From: Bacteroidales bacterium UBA4181
GTDB lineage: Bacteria; Bacteroidota; Bacteroidia; Bacteroidales; UBA4181
DNA length: 64,000 nt
Assembly (NCBI GenBank): GCA_002380425.1
Contig: DFUR01000013.1
Coordinates: forward strand, 554-64,553
Reading direction: 5' to 3'
Positions 1-9,163 of the stretch are shown piece by piece (positions within the stretch are counted from its first letter, which is position 1; each line of letters opens with the position of its first letter). The translations under genes and the position numbers were made by a program. The notes beneath the pieces are model-generated. The model ran no database searches. It was given only the letters and a program-made list of their open reading frames with translations, and had not been told where the DNA came from.

Positions 1-1131
1 TATGCCTCGGGCTTCCTTTGGCTCGGGGGCCACCAGTACAATATATCCCCCTCCGCCTGCACCGGAAAGTTTCCAGCCAATGGCGCGGCCCCTGCATTGC
101 TCAATGGCCTCTAGAATCTCCGGGCCGACCATATTGGGAAACATATCGATTTGGGCCTCAAAGGCTTCTCTGAAGGCTGTCCCGAAAGCACGAATGTCCC
201 GCTGAAGGATGGCGTCCCAGCAGCGGACAGCAGCAATACTAAGGTTGCGTGCCTTGGCCGGATTGAGGTCGGTTCGTGCCAGTACATCGTACCCGGGAAT
301 ACGGGGGGGAAGGGCCACAAGGTACAGATGGGCCTCCAGCCATTCCAATATTTCTGGATTCAGCATGCATGTAATGCGTTCCGGCCAGTAACCTCCATTG
401 TAGTCCAGACGATTAAGCCCGGGGAGGACGATGCCAAGGGAATCCTGTGAGCCACTCACTACCTTAGTTCCGGGCGGGTTTTCGTAACAAAACAAGGTCT
501 TGGCCAGCTTTTCCATATTCCCCACGGGGATTTCATTCTGCCAGAGCTCAATGGCGCGCTTCCGGGTGCTGGTGCTCATCCCGCTGCGATCGTTGAATTC
601 ATAATCGGGCTCGATGCAGATGGTGAGTACTGGGCCGGGATGGTGACAGGAAACATAGGGTTGATCCAGCCATCCTCCGGCGAGGTCAATCCGGTAGGGA
701 ATGGTACACACCGAACGCAGCGCTGTTGTGGAGCGGGCCGGAAGGGTGGCGTGGGGTTCTCTGCGACTGACCACATAACGGATGCCCAGTTCCCGGCACA
801 AAGCCTCCTTGGCTGCCGTGTGTCCGTCTTCATTTACAAAAAAGATATCCGGACGAAACCTCCTTAGGTCCTCTTCAAAATCCATCAGTCCGCTCCCGGT
901 GTTGATCCAGGCATCCTGAACGGACTTCAATGCCTTGACCATGTACAGGCGCTCCTGCTCCGTATTGATGGTTTTGCGGCCTTTGAGCGCAAATACAGTA
1001 GCATCCGAACCAATACCCACATACAATGCCCCATGAGTGGCAGCCTCTTCAAAGAAGGCAACATGACCGCTGTGCAACATGTCATAGCAGCCGCTGACAA
1101 AGACTTTTACTGAGGGCTGGGAGCCGTCCAT
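1..1131 (-). CDS. Cytidylyltransferase-like (HxGH) domain fused to a GHMP-kinase-like domain; the C-terminus runs off the left window edge
   Basis: It is missing from the ORF track only because no stop lies in the window. I checked all 377 minus-strand codons from ATG (1131-1129) to position 1 and found no stop. The N-terminus MDGSQPSVKVFVSGCYDMLHSGHVAFFEEA carries the nucleotidyltransferase HxGH signature (TagD / RfaE-domain-II type). The last visible residues GRAIGWKLSGAGGGGYIVLVAPEP match the glycine-rich GHMP-kinase motif 3. Confidence 0.7.
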   Translation of the reverse strand, partial: MDGSQPSVKVFVSGCYDMLHSGHVAFFEEAATHGALYVGIGSDATVFALKGRKTINTEQERLYMVKALKSVQDAWINTGSGLMDFEEDLRRFRPDIFFVNEDGHTAAKEALCRELGIRYVVSRREPHATLPARSTTALRSVCTIPYRIDLAGGWLDQPYVSCHHPGPVLTICIEPDYEFNDRSGMSTSTRKRAIELWQNEIPVGNMEKLAKTLFCYENPPGTKVVSGSQDSLGIVLPGLNRLDYNGGYWPERITCMLNPEILEWLEAHLYLVALPPRIPGYDVLARTDLNPAKARNLSIAAVRCWDAILQRDIRAFGTAFREAFEAQIDMFPNMVGPEILEAIEQCRGRAIGWKLSGAGGGGYIVLVAPEPKEARGI

Positions 1132-1147
1132 AAGTCGTAGTTTTTTG

Positions 1148-1155
1148 CAAAGATA
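1148..1155 (-). promoter_or_regulatory. Candidate Bacteroidota -7 box TATCTTTG (TAnnTTTG consensus)
   Basis: Plus-strand CAAAGATA is TATCTTTG on the minus strand, about 17 nt upstream of the ATG at 1131. This rests on a motif match only. Confidence 0.3.
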
Positions 1156-1204
1156 TATGTTCTGAGATGATTCTGTGTGGAAAGGGGTTGAACTGCGCAA
1201 TGAT

Positions 1205-1693
1205 TTATCCACGCACTATTGGTTTGACGTCGTTCTCCGCCGGATGCCCTAAGTCCAGCTCAAAATATCCGTGCCCGGAAGATGATTCGATGCGCATAAA
1301 ACCCAGTTGTGAATAGAAAGCTTCCGCCCGGTCATTGCCCTGCTGTACTTCCAGACGCAGTTTCCTGAAGTGGTTCCTGACTCCGAAGGAGATGGCTTCC
1401 CGAATAAGTGCTTTCCCCATTCCCATATTCTGGAATTTCGGGATAATACTGAAGGATGCGACAAAGCCAAACTCCTTATCCGGGTGGTTAAAGTAACAGG
1501 CCATAAAGCCGGCCTTTACATCTCCTGCATACACCCAGAACTGTTCAGCATTGCAGGCAATCTTGGAGGCAAATTGTGGAATGTCCACCCTTCCGGTCAA
1601 AGGGGGGACAAATATGTCAGCATGAGCCGTGAGGTACGAGACGATCGCATCCACATTTTCTTTCTTGTTCTCTATGTGCATAGGGCCTGTCAT
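1205..1693 (-). CDS. GNAT-family N-acetyltransferase
   Basis: 162 aa. It has the acetyl-CoA binding pattern 'FQNMGMGKALIREAISF' (Q/RxxGxG/A) followed by 'AEAFYSQLGF'. Its start overlaps the upstream ATP-grasp stop by 1 nt (TAATG). Confidence 0.8.
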   Translation of the reverse strand: MTGPMHIENKKENVDAIVSYLTAHADIFVPPLTGRVDIPQFASKIACNAEQFWVYAGDVKAGFMACYFNHPDKEFGFVASFSIIPKFQNMGMGKALIREAISFGVRNHFRKLRLEVQQGNDRAEAFYSQLGFMRIESSSGHGYFELDLGHPAENDVKPIVRG

Positions 1694-2874
1694 TATTCAA
1701 TCCATTGATTATGGCGCAGTGCATCCATATAGCATTCTAGTTGTTCATTGGTGTCCAGACGGAATATCATCACTCCGGCTACATCCCTTGAATTCCGGTA
1801 TTGAGGAATGACCTGTCCGGGCTGGGCGAAAATGTCTGCTTCCAGAATGCATTCTTCGAGCAGTGCCGGGATGTTCACCTTGGAAAAAACAGTGTCACGG
1901 GTAGCATGAAGGATGAGTTGTGCATAATATCCCCTGTTTGTGGTTTTGGAGCAATGTTGTATCTCTTTCCCGAACAATGATTCCACATTGGCTCCGACCA
2001 GATCGAAGCCGGTAGCAGCCTTCATAAGCTGCGGCATGAAATTTCCCCCGTTACGGGCTCCAATTTCGAGCACAAAAAGTTGGTCCTGCTGGTCGCGGAT
2101 CACTTCGACATTGATTCCCCCGGTATGGAATCCCACTTTGCGGATCACCTCTTTCACCAGCGCATGAACTTTAGGCATGACATCTGTATGGGCGGAACTG
2201 GGAAGGATGGTAGAGTATGGCACTAATTCATTCACTGTGCTGAAATACTGGTCGCCCAGTTCCAGAAACCGGACTTCATGGTTGACCACAAATCCTTCGC
2301 CGTGTATCTGCGGCCCCTTTCTCTGGATGAATTGTTCCAGAATCACCCGGCCTGAGCGGGAGAATCTTAATGCCTCATCATAATATTGTTTTATGTCATC
2401 TGCATCCTCAATACGGAATATTCCCTTGCTTCCGCTGGAATCTGCCGGTTTGATGATAGCCTTTCCACCCGGATAGGCAGCCAGCAATTCCTTCAGGGTG
2501 GTGCCATGGCAAAACCAGGGGGATGCAAAAAGGTTGGCCTTAAGAAATGCCCGGAAAAGAGTTTTGTTGGAAAGTGTTTGAACGCTCTTGTAGGAGCTAC
2601 CTATCAGGCCCAGTCGGTCACGCACGTAGGCGGCTGTGGGAGCAGACGGGTCTGAAGCATAGGCACAGATTGCATCAATCTTTTGTTCTCTTGCCAGCTT
2701 CAGGATGGACTCTTTGTCGGTGGTGCTGATGTTGAAGTATTTGTCGGACACAGCATGGCCTGGGTTCTCAGGCAGGTAGTCGGCAGTAATCACGAAATAG
2801 CCCTGTTCCTTGGCGAACCTGATGACGGGGACCTGTGCGGGCGCTCCTCCCAGGATAAGGATGGTTTGTTTCAT
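1693..2874 (-). CDS. ATP-grasp domain ligase
   Basis: MKQTILILGGAPAQVPVIRFAKEQGY forms a pre-ATP-grasp Rossmann-like segment. 'IIKPADSSGSKGIFRI' and 'LFVLEIGARNGGNF' are typical ATP-grasp segments. I prefer the start at MKQ (2874) over the track start at 2904. Confidence 0.8.
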   Translation of the reverse strand: MKQTILILGGAPAQVPVIRFAKEQGYFVITADYLPENPGHAVSDKYFNISTTDKESILKLAREQKIDAICAYASDPSAPTAAYVRDRLGLIGSSYKSVQTLSNKTLFRAFLKANLFASPWFCHGTTLKELLAAYPGGKAIIKPADSSGSKGIFRIEDADDIKQYYDEALRFSRSGRVILEQFIQRKGPQIHGEGFVVNHEVRFLELGDQYFSTVNELVPYSTILPSSAHTDVMPKVHALVKEVIRKVGFHTGGINVEVIRDQQDQLFVLEIGARNGGNFMPQLMKAATGFDLVGANVESLFGKEIQHCSKTTNRGYYAQLILHATRDTVFSKVNIPALLEECILEADIFAQPGQVIPQYRNSRDVAGVMIFRLDTNEQLECYMDALRHNQWIE

Positions 2875-2968
2875 ACCCCAATATACTTCAATTTTTTGAA
2901 TCACCTGACTTATTTTTTATATTTTTACAAACGGAATATGATTTGTTCCGATTTCACCCGTCTCCTAT

Positions 2969-3634
2969 ATGGCTGATAAAGTGATTGTATTGGGTTCTTC
3001 CGGACACGCCCGGAGTGTTGCCTGTGTGCTCGAAGACCTCAATTATGAGGTTGTGGGCTTTGTGGACTCATTTCGGCCTCCCGGTGAGCCCGTCCTTAGG
3101 TACAAAACCCTTGGGGATGAGCATGTTATGAGGGATTGCCAAAGGCGGTATGGAACCCGCTCCGTGGTAGTCGGTGTGGGGGATATTCTCAGCAGAAAGA
3201 GGGTGGTTCAGCTAATCCGTGAAATCAACCCTGATGTTGTTTTCCCCACAATCGTCTCTCCCCACGCCAAAGTTTCGCATTATGCTTCTCTTGGTGAGGG
3301 TACGGTAGTGCTGTCCCATGCTCTGGTGAATGTGGAGTGTTTGGTAGGTTGTTTTTGTGTGCTCAATTCGGCCAGCCTTATTGAACACAACACCCGAATC
3401 GGGGATTATTGCAGCATATCTCCTGGTGCAAACATCGGAGCCAATGTCTCTGTTGGAGAGGGAGTCTTTATCGGTTCCTCTGCCACCCTCATTCAGCGCC
3501 GGAGCGTAGGTGCTTATTCGGTCATTGGAGCTGGGGCTGTGGTTACACAGGATTTGCCGGACCATGTGCTTGCTGTCGGTGTCCCCGCGGTGGTAAAACG
3601 AGAGAATTATGTTAATGTTAATATTTTCAGATGA
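2969..3634 (+). CDS. NeuD/PglD/PerB-family sugar N-acyltransferase (left-handed beta-helix)
   Basis: N-terminal 'KVIVLGSSGHARSVACVLEDLNYEVVGFVD' followed by hexapeptide repeats ('IGDYCSISPGANIGANVSVGEGVFIGSSATL'). Confidence 0.8.
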   Translation: MADKVIVLGSSGHARSVACVLEDLNYEVVGFVDSFRPPGEPVLRYKTLGDEHVMRDCQRRYGTRSVVVGVGDILSRKRVVQLIREINPDVVFPTIVSPHAKVSHYASLGEGTVVLSHALVNVECLVGCFCVLNSASLIEHNTRIGDYCSISPGANIGANVSVGEGVFIGSSATLIQRRSVGAYSVIGAGAVVTQDLPDHVLAVGVPAVVKRENYVNVNIFR

Positions 3635-3704
3635 TTGCATTCGGAAATGCTTCTGTGGCAATGTTCTGGAAGATGCCGCGCCAGAGAGCTAAACGTTTGG
3701 CGAT

Positions 3705-5000
3705 ATGAGTATTGGAGGATTTTTGCGCAGAAAGTTTTATTGGACTTTCGATTACTTCAAAGGCAGGCCTGTTGGCAAGCATTACAACGACATAAGCAGG
3801 ATTCTGAGGAACAGTAATGGCGAGGGGCCAGTGCTTCAACAGGAGCATCTGGCGCGACTGCTTCGGCATGCAGTTGAGCATTCCCCATTCTATGAAGCAT
3901 GTGATCCAGCAAGGCTCGATTCCTTTCCTGTCATCAACAAATCCTTGATCAGGGCACATCAGGATGCCATGAAGGTCCCTGTTCAAGTGATTCCCGAACA
4001 CACTGGCGAGATGCATATCCAGCGAACAAGTGGCTCTACCGGTACTCCGTTGGCGGTGCCTCAGGATAAGCGGAAGCGAAACCGGAGAATAGCCGAACTC
4101 AAATATTTTGGGGCCATTGCCGGGTATCCTTCTCACGAGAAAATGGCCCAGTTGAGAATCTGGACCAAATGGCAGAGCAAGGGGGCATTTCAGTCATTCA
4201 AGGAAAACATCTACCCGGTTGATTGCAGCCGGATGAATGATGAAATGTTGTCGGCTCTGTGTGTTCTGGTGAGAAAAAAAAGAATCCGTGCTCTTTGGGG
4301 CTACGCGAGTTGGTTCGATAAACTTGCCTCATTTGTTGCTTCGAACAGGGTGCGTCTTCCGTCTCTCAGGGTGGTAATTGCCGGTTCGGAGATGCTTCAG
4401 CCGGAAACCCGGGATACACTCAGGAGTGAACTTGGCTGTTCGGTTATTTCCAGATATTCAAATGAAGAACAGGGCGTTCTGGGGCAGGACAAAGAGGAGG
4501 ATGAGCACTATCACCTGAACCATGCCAGCTATTTTTTTGAATTTCTCCGAATGGACCGAGATGAAGCGGCTCAGCCCGGGGAGCTCTGCCGGATTGTTGT
4601 AACGGATTTGTTCAACTATGCGTTTCCTTTGATTCGTTATGATACAGGAGACACCGGCATATATGGGAACTCTGTCTCCGGTTTTCCTGTTTTGTGCAAG
4701 ATATATGGACGATTGCTCGATTTGGTGAGTGACACACAGGGCCTTCCGGTTCATCCCATGACAATTGCCAGGATATTGAAAAACTATGACCCGGTGGAGC
4801 AGTGGCAATTCACCCAGAAGAGCCCGGAGGAATATGAACTTAAATGGGTGTTGTCCGGAACCTTGGATTCGTCGGATTGTGTTGGAGAGCTTAGAAAAGT
4901 TTTTGGGCAGGATGCCCAGGTGTCAGTGGTTGAAGTGTCAGAAATACCTGTGTTGTCCTCTGGAAAGCGCAGGCTGGTAAAAAATGAATCAAATCAATGA
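3705..5000 (+). CDS. PaaK/CapK-like adenylate-forming enzyme (phenylacetate-CoA ligase / F390 synthetase family)
   Basis: 431 aa. It has the AMP-binding loop 'RTSGSTGTPLAV', 'IRYDTGD' and a C-terminal 'SGKRRLV'. Confidence 0.75.
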   Translation: MSIGGFLRRKFYWTFDYFKGRPVGKHYNDISRILRNSNGEGPVLQQEHLARLLRHAVEHSPFYEACDPARLDSFPVINKSLIRAHQDAMKVPVQVIPEHTGEMHIQRTSGSTGTPLAVPQDKRKRNRRIAELKYFGAIAGYPSHEKMAQLRIWTKWQSKGAFQSFKENIYPVDCSRMNDEMLSALCVLVRKKRIRALWGYASWFDKLASFVASNRVRLPSLRVVIAGSEMLQPETRDTLRSELGCSVISRYSNEEQGVLGQDKEEDEHYHLNHASYFFEFLRMDRDEAAQPGELCRIVVTDLFNYAFPLIRYDTGDTGIYGNSVSGFPVLCKIYGRLLDLVSDTQGLPVHPMTIARILKNYDPVEQWQFTQKSPEEYELKWVLSGTLDSSDCVGELRKVFGQDAQVSVVEVSEIPVLSSGKRRLVKNESNQ

Positions 5001-5638
5001 AAAAAATCTATTTGCTGGGTGTAGGGCGAAATACGCCGGTTTGTATGGATCTTGCAATCAGGTGCGGTTATGAGGTGGCGGGATTGTACCACTACAATGA
5101 TGAAAGAACGGGTGAGTCGGATCACGGGATTCTTATTCTGGGTTCGTTCGCTGATTTGTTTGCAAGGGATTCCCTGCAGGGATTGAATTTCCTGCTGACC
5201 ATGGGGGACAGCCGGATCCGGGTGGAGGTCGCCGATCGATTGCGCAAATTGGGAGCTAATCTGCCTTCTTTGATTCATCCTGCTGCCGTTGTCTCGGGCT
5301 TTGCTACCATAGAGGATGGGGTAACCGTGAATGCATTTTCAAACATTCAGGCTGATGTTTACATAGGCCAGGATAGTTTGATACTATCTGGTGTCAATGT
5401 CTCACACGGTTGTGTTCTTGACAAGGGGTGTTTCATTGCCGGCGGAGCCACTGTGGGTGCCCTCACAAAGGTAGGAGCTTGTGCTTTCATTGGGCAGGGG
5501 GCATTGATTCTTTCTTCCAAAGTTGATTCCATAGGAGAATACGCCGTTATTGGCGCCGGTGCTCTGGTTACAAAGCCTGTTGCACCTCATGATGTGGTTG
5601 CCGGAAGACCAGCCAAAAGCATTAAATCAACCGTATGA
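4997..5638 (+). CDS. Second NeuD/PglD-family acyltransferase (hexapeptide)
   Basis: 'MKKIYLLGVGRNTPVCMDLAIRCGYEVAGLY' plus hexapeptide repeats ('GCFIAGGATVGALTKVGACAFIGQGALI'). ATGA overlap with the upstream gene. Confidence 0.75.
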   Translation: MKKIYLLGVGRNTPVCMDLAIRCGYEVAGLYHYNDERTGESDHGILILGSFADLFARDSLQGLNFLLTMGDSRIRVEVADRLRKLGANLPSLIHPAAVVSGFATIEDGVTVNAFSNIQADVYIGQDSLILSGVNVSHGCVLDKGCFIAGGATVGALTKVGACAFIGQGALILSSKVDSIGEYAVIGAGALVTKPVAPHDVVAGRPAKSIKSTV

Positions 5639-6927
5639 TACGCATTGCACTTGTAGGGGATGTGATGATTACCAGGCCGCTGCCCTCTCAGGGCTATGAG
5701 GGCCAGCATCTGTTGACGCAATTGATTCAGGAACACGAGGTGAAATGTGCCAATCTGGAAACCACCATACACCGAAGAGAGGGGTATCCTTCTGCTTTCC
5801 CCGGGGGAACCTGGGCTATGGCCGATCCGGTTTGTCTTGAAGATATCAAAAGCCTGGGTTTTAATGTGCTCAATACGGCCAACAACCACTCGATGGATTA
5901 TGCACATAAGGGTTTGCTCGCTACACACAGACATCTGCGCAGGGCCGGTTTGACCTATTTTGGAACTGGTCAGAATCTGGCTGAGGCCTCGGCTCCATTG
6001 TTCACTGAGTGCTCAGAAGGTCGGGTGGCATTTGTCGGTGTCACCAGTTCTTTTCATGATTCGGATGCTGCGGGCCATCAGCGCAGGGACATGCAGGGAC
6101 GCCCCGGTGTCAATCCTTTACGGCACAAGTCGGTGTGCGAGATTTCGCCTGAGAACTTTACTGCCCTTCGGCATGTTGCCGAACAGACTGGTGTGAATGA
6201 TTATCATCATCAGGCCATCAGGGAAGGCTTTCTCCTGCCCAGAGAGAACCTCACTATTGGGCCGTATGAGTTTGTCCAGGGTGGGAGCAACGTACTTCGA
6301 ACTTTCCCTTTGGAGAAGGATGTGGAACGCATCGCGAAATCTGTTTCTGAGGCCCGGAAGCAGGCCGATTGTGTGGTGGTGAGCGTTCATTCGCATCAGT
6401 TTTCGAACAGAGACAAGTCCATTCCGGCTGAGTTCCTGTCTCTATTTTCCAGGACATGTATTGATGCCGGTGCATCTGTGATTGTGGGCCATGGCCCGCA
6501 TATTTTGCGGGGCATTGAAGTGTATCACGGCGGAGTGATATGCTACAGTCTGGGCAATTTTATTTTTCAGAACGAGACGGTTTCACATCTTCCTGCTGAG
6601 TTTTACGAGAAGTATTCCCTTGCCCATGATGATGGAGTCGGTACCGCCATGGATAAGCGAAGCCAGAATGGGACCAAGGGCCCTGCCAGCGATCCGGACT
6701 CATGGAAAAGCGTGCTGGTGAGCATAGCGCTGGAACCTGACACCATGAGCATCCGGTTGGTTCCGGTGGAACTGGGGTTTCATCTTGAACGCTACAATAG
6801 AGGTTTGCCCAAAATATCCGGAGACACTGCCGTTTTGGAACGCATACAAGCCTTGTCTGTTCCCTTTGGGACAGAGATTCATATCCGCAATGGGGAGGGT
6901 TTTCTCAAAGTTTCACGGAGAATCTGA
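5635..6927 (+). CDS. CapA/PGA_cap-family metallophosphoesterase-like protein
   Basis: 'IALVGDVMITR', 'ANLETTI' and 'FNVLNTANNHSMDYAHKGLLATHRHLRRAGLTYFGTG' match the pattern of poly-gamma-glutamate CapA-type proteins. ATGA overlap upstream. Confidence 0.7.
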   Translation: MIRIALVGDVMITRPLPSQGYEGQHLLTQLIQEHEVKCANLETTIHRREGYPSAFPGGTWAMADPVCLEDIKSLGFNVLNTANNHSMDYAHKGLLATHRHLRRAGLTYFGTGQNLAEASAPLFTECSEGRVAFVGVTSSFHDSDAAGHQRRDMQGRPGVNPLRHKSVCEISPENFTALRHVAEQTGVNDYHHQAIREGFLLPRENLTIGPYEFVQGGSNVLRTFPLEKDVERIAKSVSEARKQADCVVVSVHSHQFSNRDKSIPAEFLSLFSRTCIDAGASVIVGHGPHILRGIEVYHGGVICYSLGNFIFQNETVSHLPAEFYEKYSLAHDDGVGTAMDKRSQNGTKGPASDPDSWKSVLVSIALEPDTMSIRLVPVELGFHLERYNRGLPKISGDTAVLERIQALSVPFGTEIHIRNGEGFLKVSRRI

Positions 6928-6990
6928 GCAAGTACGTTTCGCTTCCATGGAAAAAATGATTAGTTTTACGCATACAACATATCGAGACAT

Positions 6991-7857
6991 ATGAAAGGGA
7001 TTATACTTGCCGGAGGTAGTGCTACCCGTCTTTATCCACTCTCCAAGGCCATTTCCAAACAAATCATGCCGGTGTACGACAAGCCCATGATTTATTATCC
7101 TCTTTCCACCCTGATGTTGGCGGGCATTCGTGAGGTATTGGTGATCTCCACTCCGAGGGACCTTCCCATGTTTCGGGAACTGCTCGGGGATGGCCGTCAC
7201 CTCGGAATGCGTCTGGAGTATAAGGTTCAGGATGTCCCCAATGGTCTGGCTCAGGCATTTGTTCTGGGTGCGGAGTTTCTTTCCGGTGAGCCGGCCTGTC
7301 TCATCCTGGGGGATAATTTATTCTATGGCCATGGTTTCCCGTCCCTGCTTCGCGGGGTGGTGGCCCATTCTGGCTCCGGAGCCTGTATCTTTGGTTACCC
7401 GGTGAAGGATCCCCGTGCTTATGGGGTGGTTTCGTTTGACGCAGACGGCACAGTACTGAGTCTTGAAGAAAAACCTGAGCATCCTCTTTCCAATTACGCG
7501 GTCCCCGGGCTGTATTTCTACGACAGTACCGTATCCGCCCGTGCTGCTGCCCTGAAGCCTTCTGCCAGAGGAGAGTACGAGATTACAGACCTCAATAAGT
7601 GTTATCTGGCCGAAGGGACCCTTAGAGTGGAACTCCTCGGGAGAGGGTTTGCCTGGCTGGACACCGGGAATTGCGACAGCCTCCTGGAAGCATCCAATTT
7701 TGTGCACACAGTTCAAAGCCGCCAGGGCTTTCAGATATCCTGTATTGAAGAGATTGCCTGGCGCAACGGATGGATCACCGATGAGCAGTTGCAGAAATTG
7801 GGACAAGCTCTGTCCAAGACGGAATACGGCCAGTATTTGCTGAGTCTGGTGCATTAG
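6991..7857 (+). CDS. rfbA: Glucose-1-phosphate thymidylyltransferase
   Basis: '[53 protein letters not shown]' is a near-canonical RmlA N-terminus. 288 aa. Confidence 0.95.
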   Translation: MKGIILAGGSATRLYPLSKAISKQIMPVYDKPMIYYPLSTLMLAGIREVLVISTPRDLPMFRELLGDGRHLGMRLEYKVQDVPNGLAQAFVLGAEFLSGEPACLILGDNLFYGHGFPSLLRGVVAHSGSGACIFGYPVKDPRAYGVVSFDADGTVLSLEEKPEHPLSNYAVPGLYFYDSTVSARAAALKPSARGEYEITDLNKCYLAEGTLRVELLGRGFAWLDTGNCDSLLEASNFVHTVQSRQGFQISCIEEIAWRNGWITDEQLQKLGQALSKTEYGQYLLSLVH

Positions 7858-7938
7858 GGGCCGGGATTGCCCTGGCTGCCGGGATTTGAGCCGTTTTGTG
7901 TATCTTTGTCCTGTATCAACCAACCTTTGCCCCCGTTT

Positions 7939-9078
7939 ATGAAGAAATATCTTGTCACCGGCGGAGCCGGTTTTATCGGAGCCAATTATGTCAAGTACCT
8001 GCTGCACACCTATGCTGATGTGAACCTCGTCGTGCTGGATGCCCTGACCTATGCCGGAAACTATCGTACCATCGAGCAGGATGTGGATGGGGAACGTTGT
8101 TGCTTCGTCAAAGGTGACATCTGCGACCGTGAATTGGTGGACCGTATCTTTGAGGAGCATGGAGTGCAGGTGGTGGTAAATTTTGCTGCGGAGAGCCATG
8201 TGGACCGGAGTATCGAAAACCCACAGCTTTTCCTGGTTACCAACATTCTGGGCACGCAGAACCTGTTGGATGCTGCTCGCCGTCACTGGGTAACGGGCAA
8301 GGATGCGCAGGGATATCCCCAATGGAAACAGGGTGTGCGTTTTCATCAGGTTTCGACCGATGAAGTGTATGGCAGCCTGGGTGAGGAGGGATACTTCACC
8401 GAAGAGACCCCCCTGGATCCGCGAAGCCCTTACAGTGCCTCCAAAACCAGTGCAGACCTCTTTGTCCGGGCTTATGTGGAAACCTTCAAAATGCCGGCGA
8501 CCATCACCCGTTGTTCCAACAACTACGGGCCATATCACTTTCCCGAAAAATTGATCCCCTTGATTATTAAGAACATTCTGGAGGGAAAGCCCCTCCCGGT
8601 GTACGGTAACGGGAGCAATGTCCGTGATTGGTTGTATGTGGAGGACCACTGCAAGGCTATAGAAATGGTCGTGCGTAAGGGGCGTCCTGGCGAAGTGTAC
8701 AATGTGGGAGGACACAACGAGATGCAGAATCTGGAGATTGTGAGAATGGTGATTGCCAATATCCGCAGCATTATGGACCGGGAGCCGGGTTATCGGGAGG
8801 TATTGAAAAAGAAGGAATACAATGCCCAGGGAGAGATCCGCACCGACTGGATCAACGAAACCCTCATCACGTTTGTGGCCGACCGGCTGGGGCATGACCA
8901 GCGATACGCTATTGACCCCACCAAGATTACCGGCGAACTGGGCTGGTATCCTGAAACCCGCTTTGCACAGGGCATTGTCCAAACCATCTACTGGTATCTG
9001 GATCATCAGGATTGGGTGGATGAAGTGACCAGCGGCTCGTACCAGCAGTACTACCAGCAGATGTACACAGACCGGTAA
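7939..9078 (+). CDS. rfbB: dTDP-glucose 4,6-dehydratase
   Basis: 'MKKYLVTGGAGFIGANYV', 'YSASKTSADLFVRAY' (YxxxK) and 'NNYGPYHFPEKLIP'. I prefer ATG at 7939 over the TTG-initiated track ORF at 7867. Confidence 0.95.
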   Translation: MKKYLVTGGAGFIGANYVKYLLHTYADVNLVVLDALTYAGNYRTIEQDVDGERCCFVKGDICDRELVDRIFEEHGVQVVVNFAAESHVDRSIENPQLFLVTNILGTQNLLDAARRHWVTGKDAQGYPQWKQGVRFHQVSTDEVYGSLGEEGYFTEETPLDPRSPYSASKTSADLFVRAYVETFKMPATITRCSNNYGPYHFPEKLIPLIIKNILEGKPLPVYGNGSNVRDWLYVEDHCKAIEMVVRKGRPGEVYNVGGHNEMQNLEIVRMVIANIRSIMDREPGYREVLKKKEYNAQGEIRTDWINETLITFVADRLGHDQRYAIDPTKITGELGWYPETRFAQGIVQTIYWYLDHQDWVDEVTSGSYQQYYQQMYTDR

Positions 9079-9163
9079 AAGGATTTGTCGCCCCAGTGTT
9101 GTTCTTTCAGTTCTTTTTGCTAATATTGCATGGAATAACGAGTAAAAAACTTACTCATTTGCT

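Noticed and set aside
2-450. Small plus-strand ORFs (2..205, 151..450, 209..391) at the left edge.
   Set aside because: They lie opposite a verified 377-codon open minus-strand frame with nucleotidyltransferase and GHMP-kinase motifs, and they have no features of their own.
7867-7938. N-terminal extensions offered by the ORF track for rfbB (7867). The same applies to 18291, 21135, 32407, 41698, 51697, 53725, 57418 (rfbD) and 2904.
   Set aside because: In each case the extension overlaps the preceding gene or a promoter-like region. It often starts at a non-ATG codon and carries no homology-like sequence. An internal ATG placed at or next to the upstream stop yields a canonical N-terminus (for example MKKYLVTGGAGFIG for rfbB and RVLVTGANGQLG for rfbD).
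7318-9006. A 562-aa ORF antisense to the rfbA 3' end and almost all of rfbB. It is the longest 'extra' ORF in the track.
   Set aside because: It lies exactly opposite two near-canonical, highly conserved genes. Its translation is low-complexity (rich in G/V/L/H/Q) with no recognisable motif. Such stop-free antisense frames are expected from GC-rich third-codon positions. I treat it as a shadow ORF.
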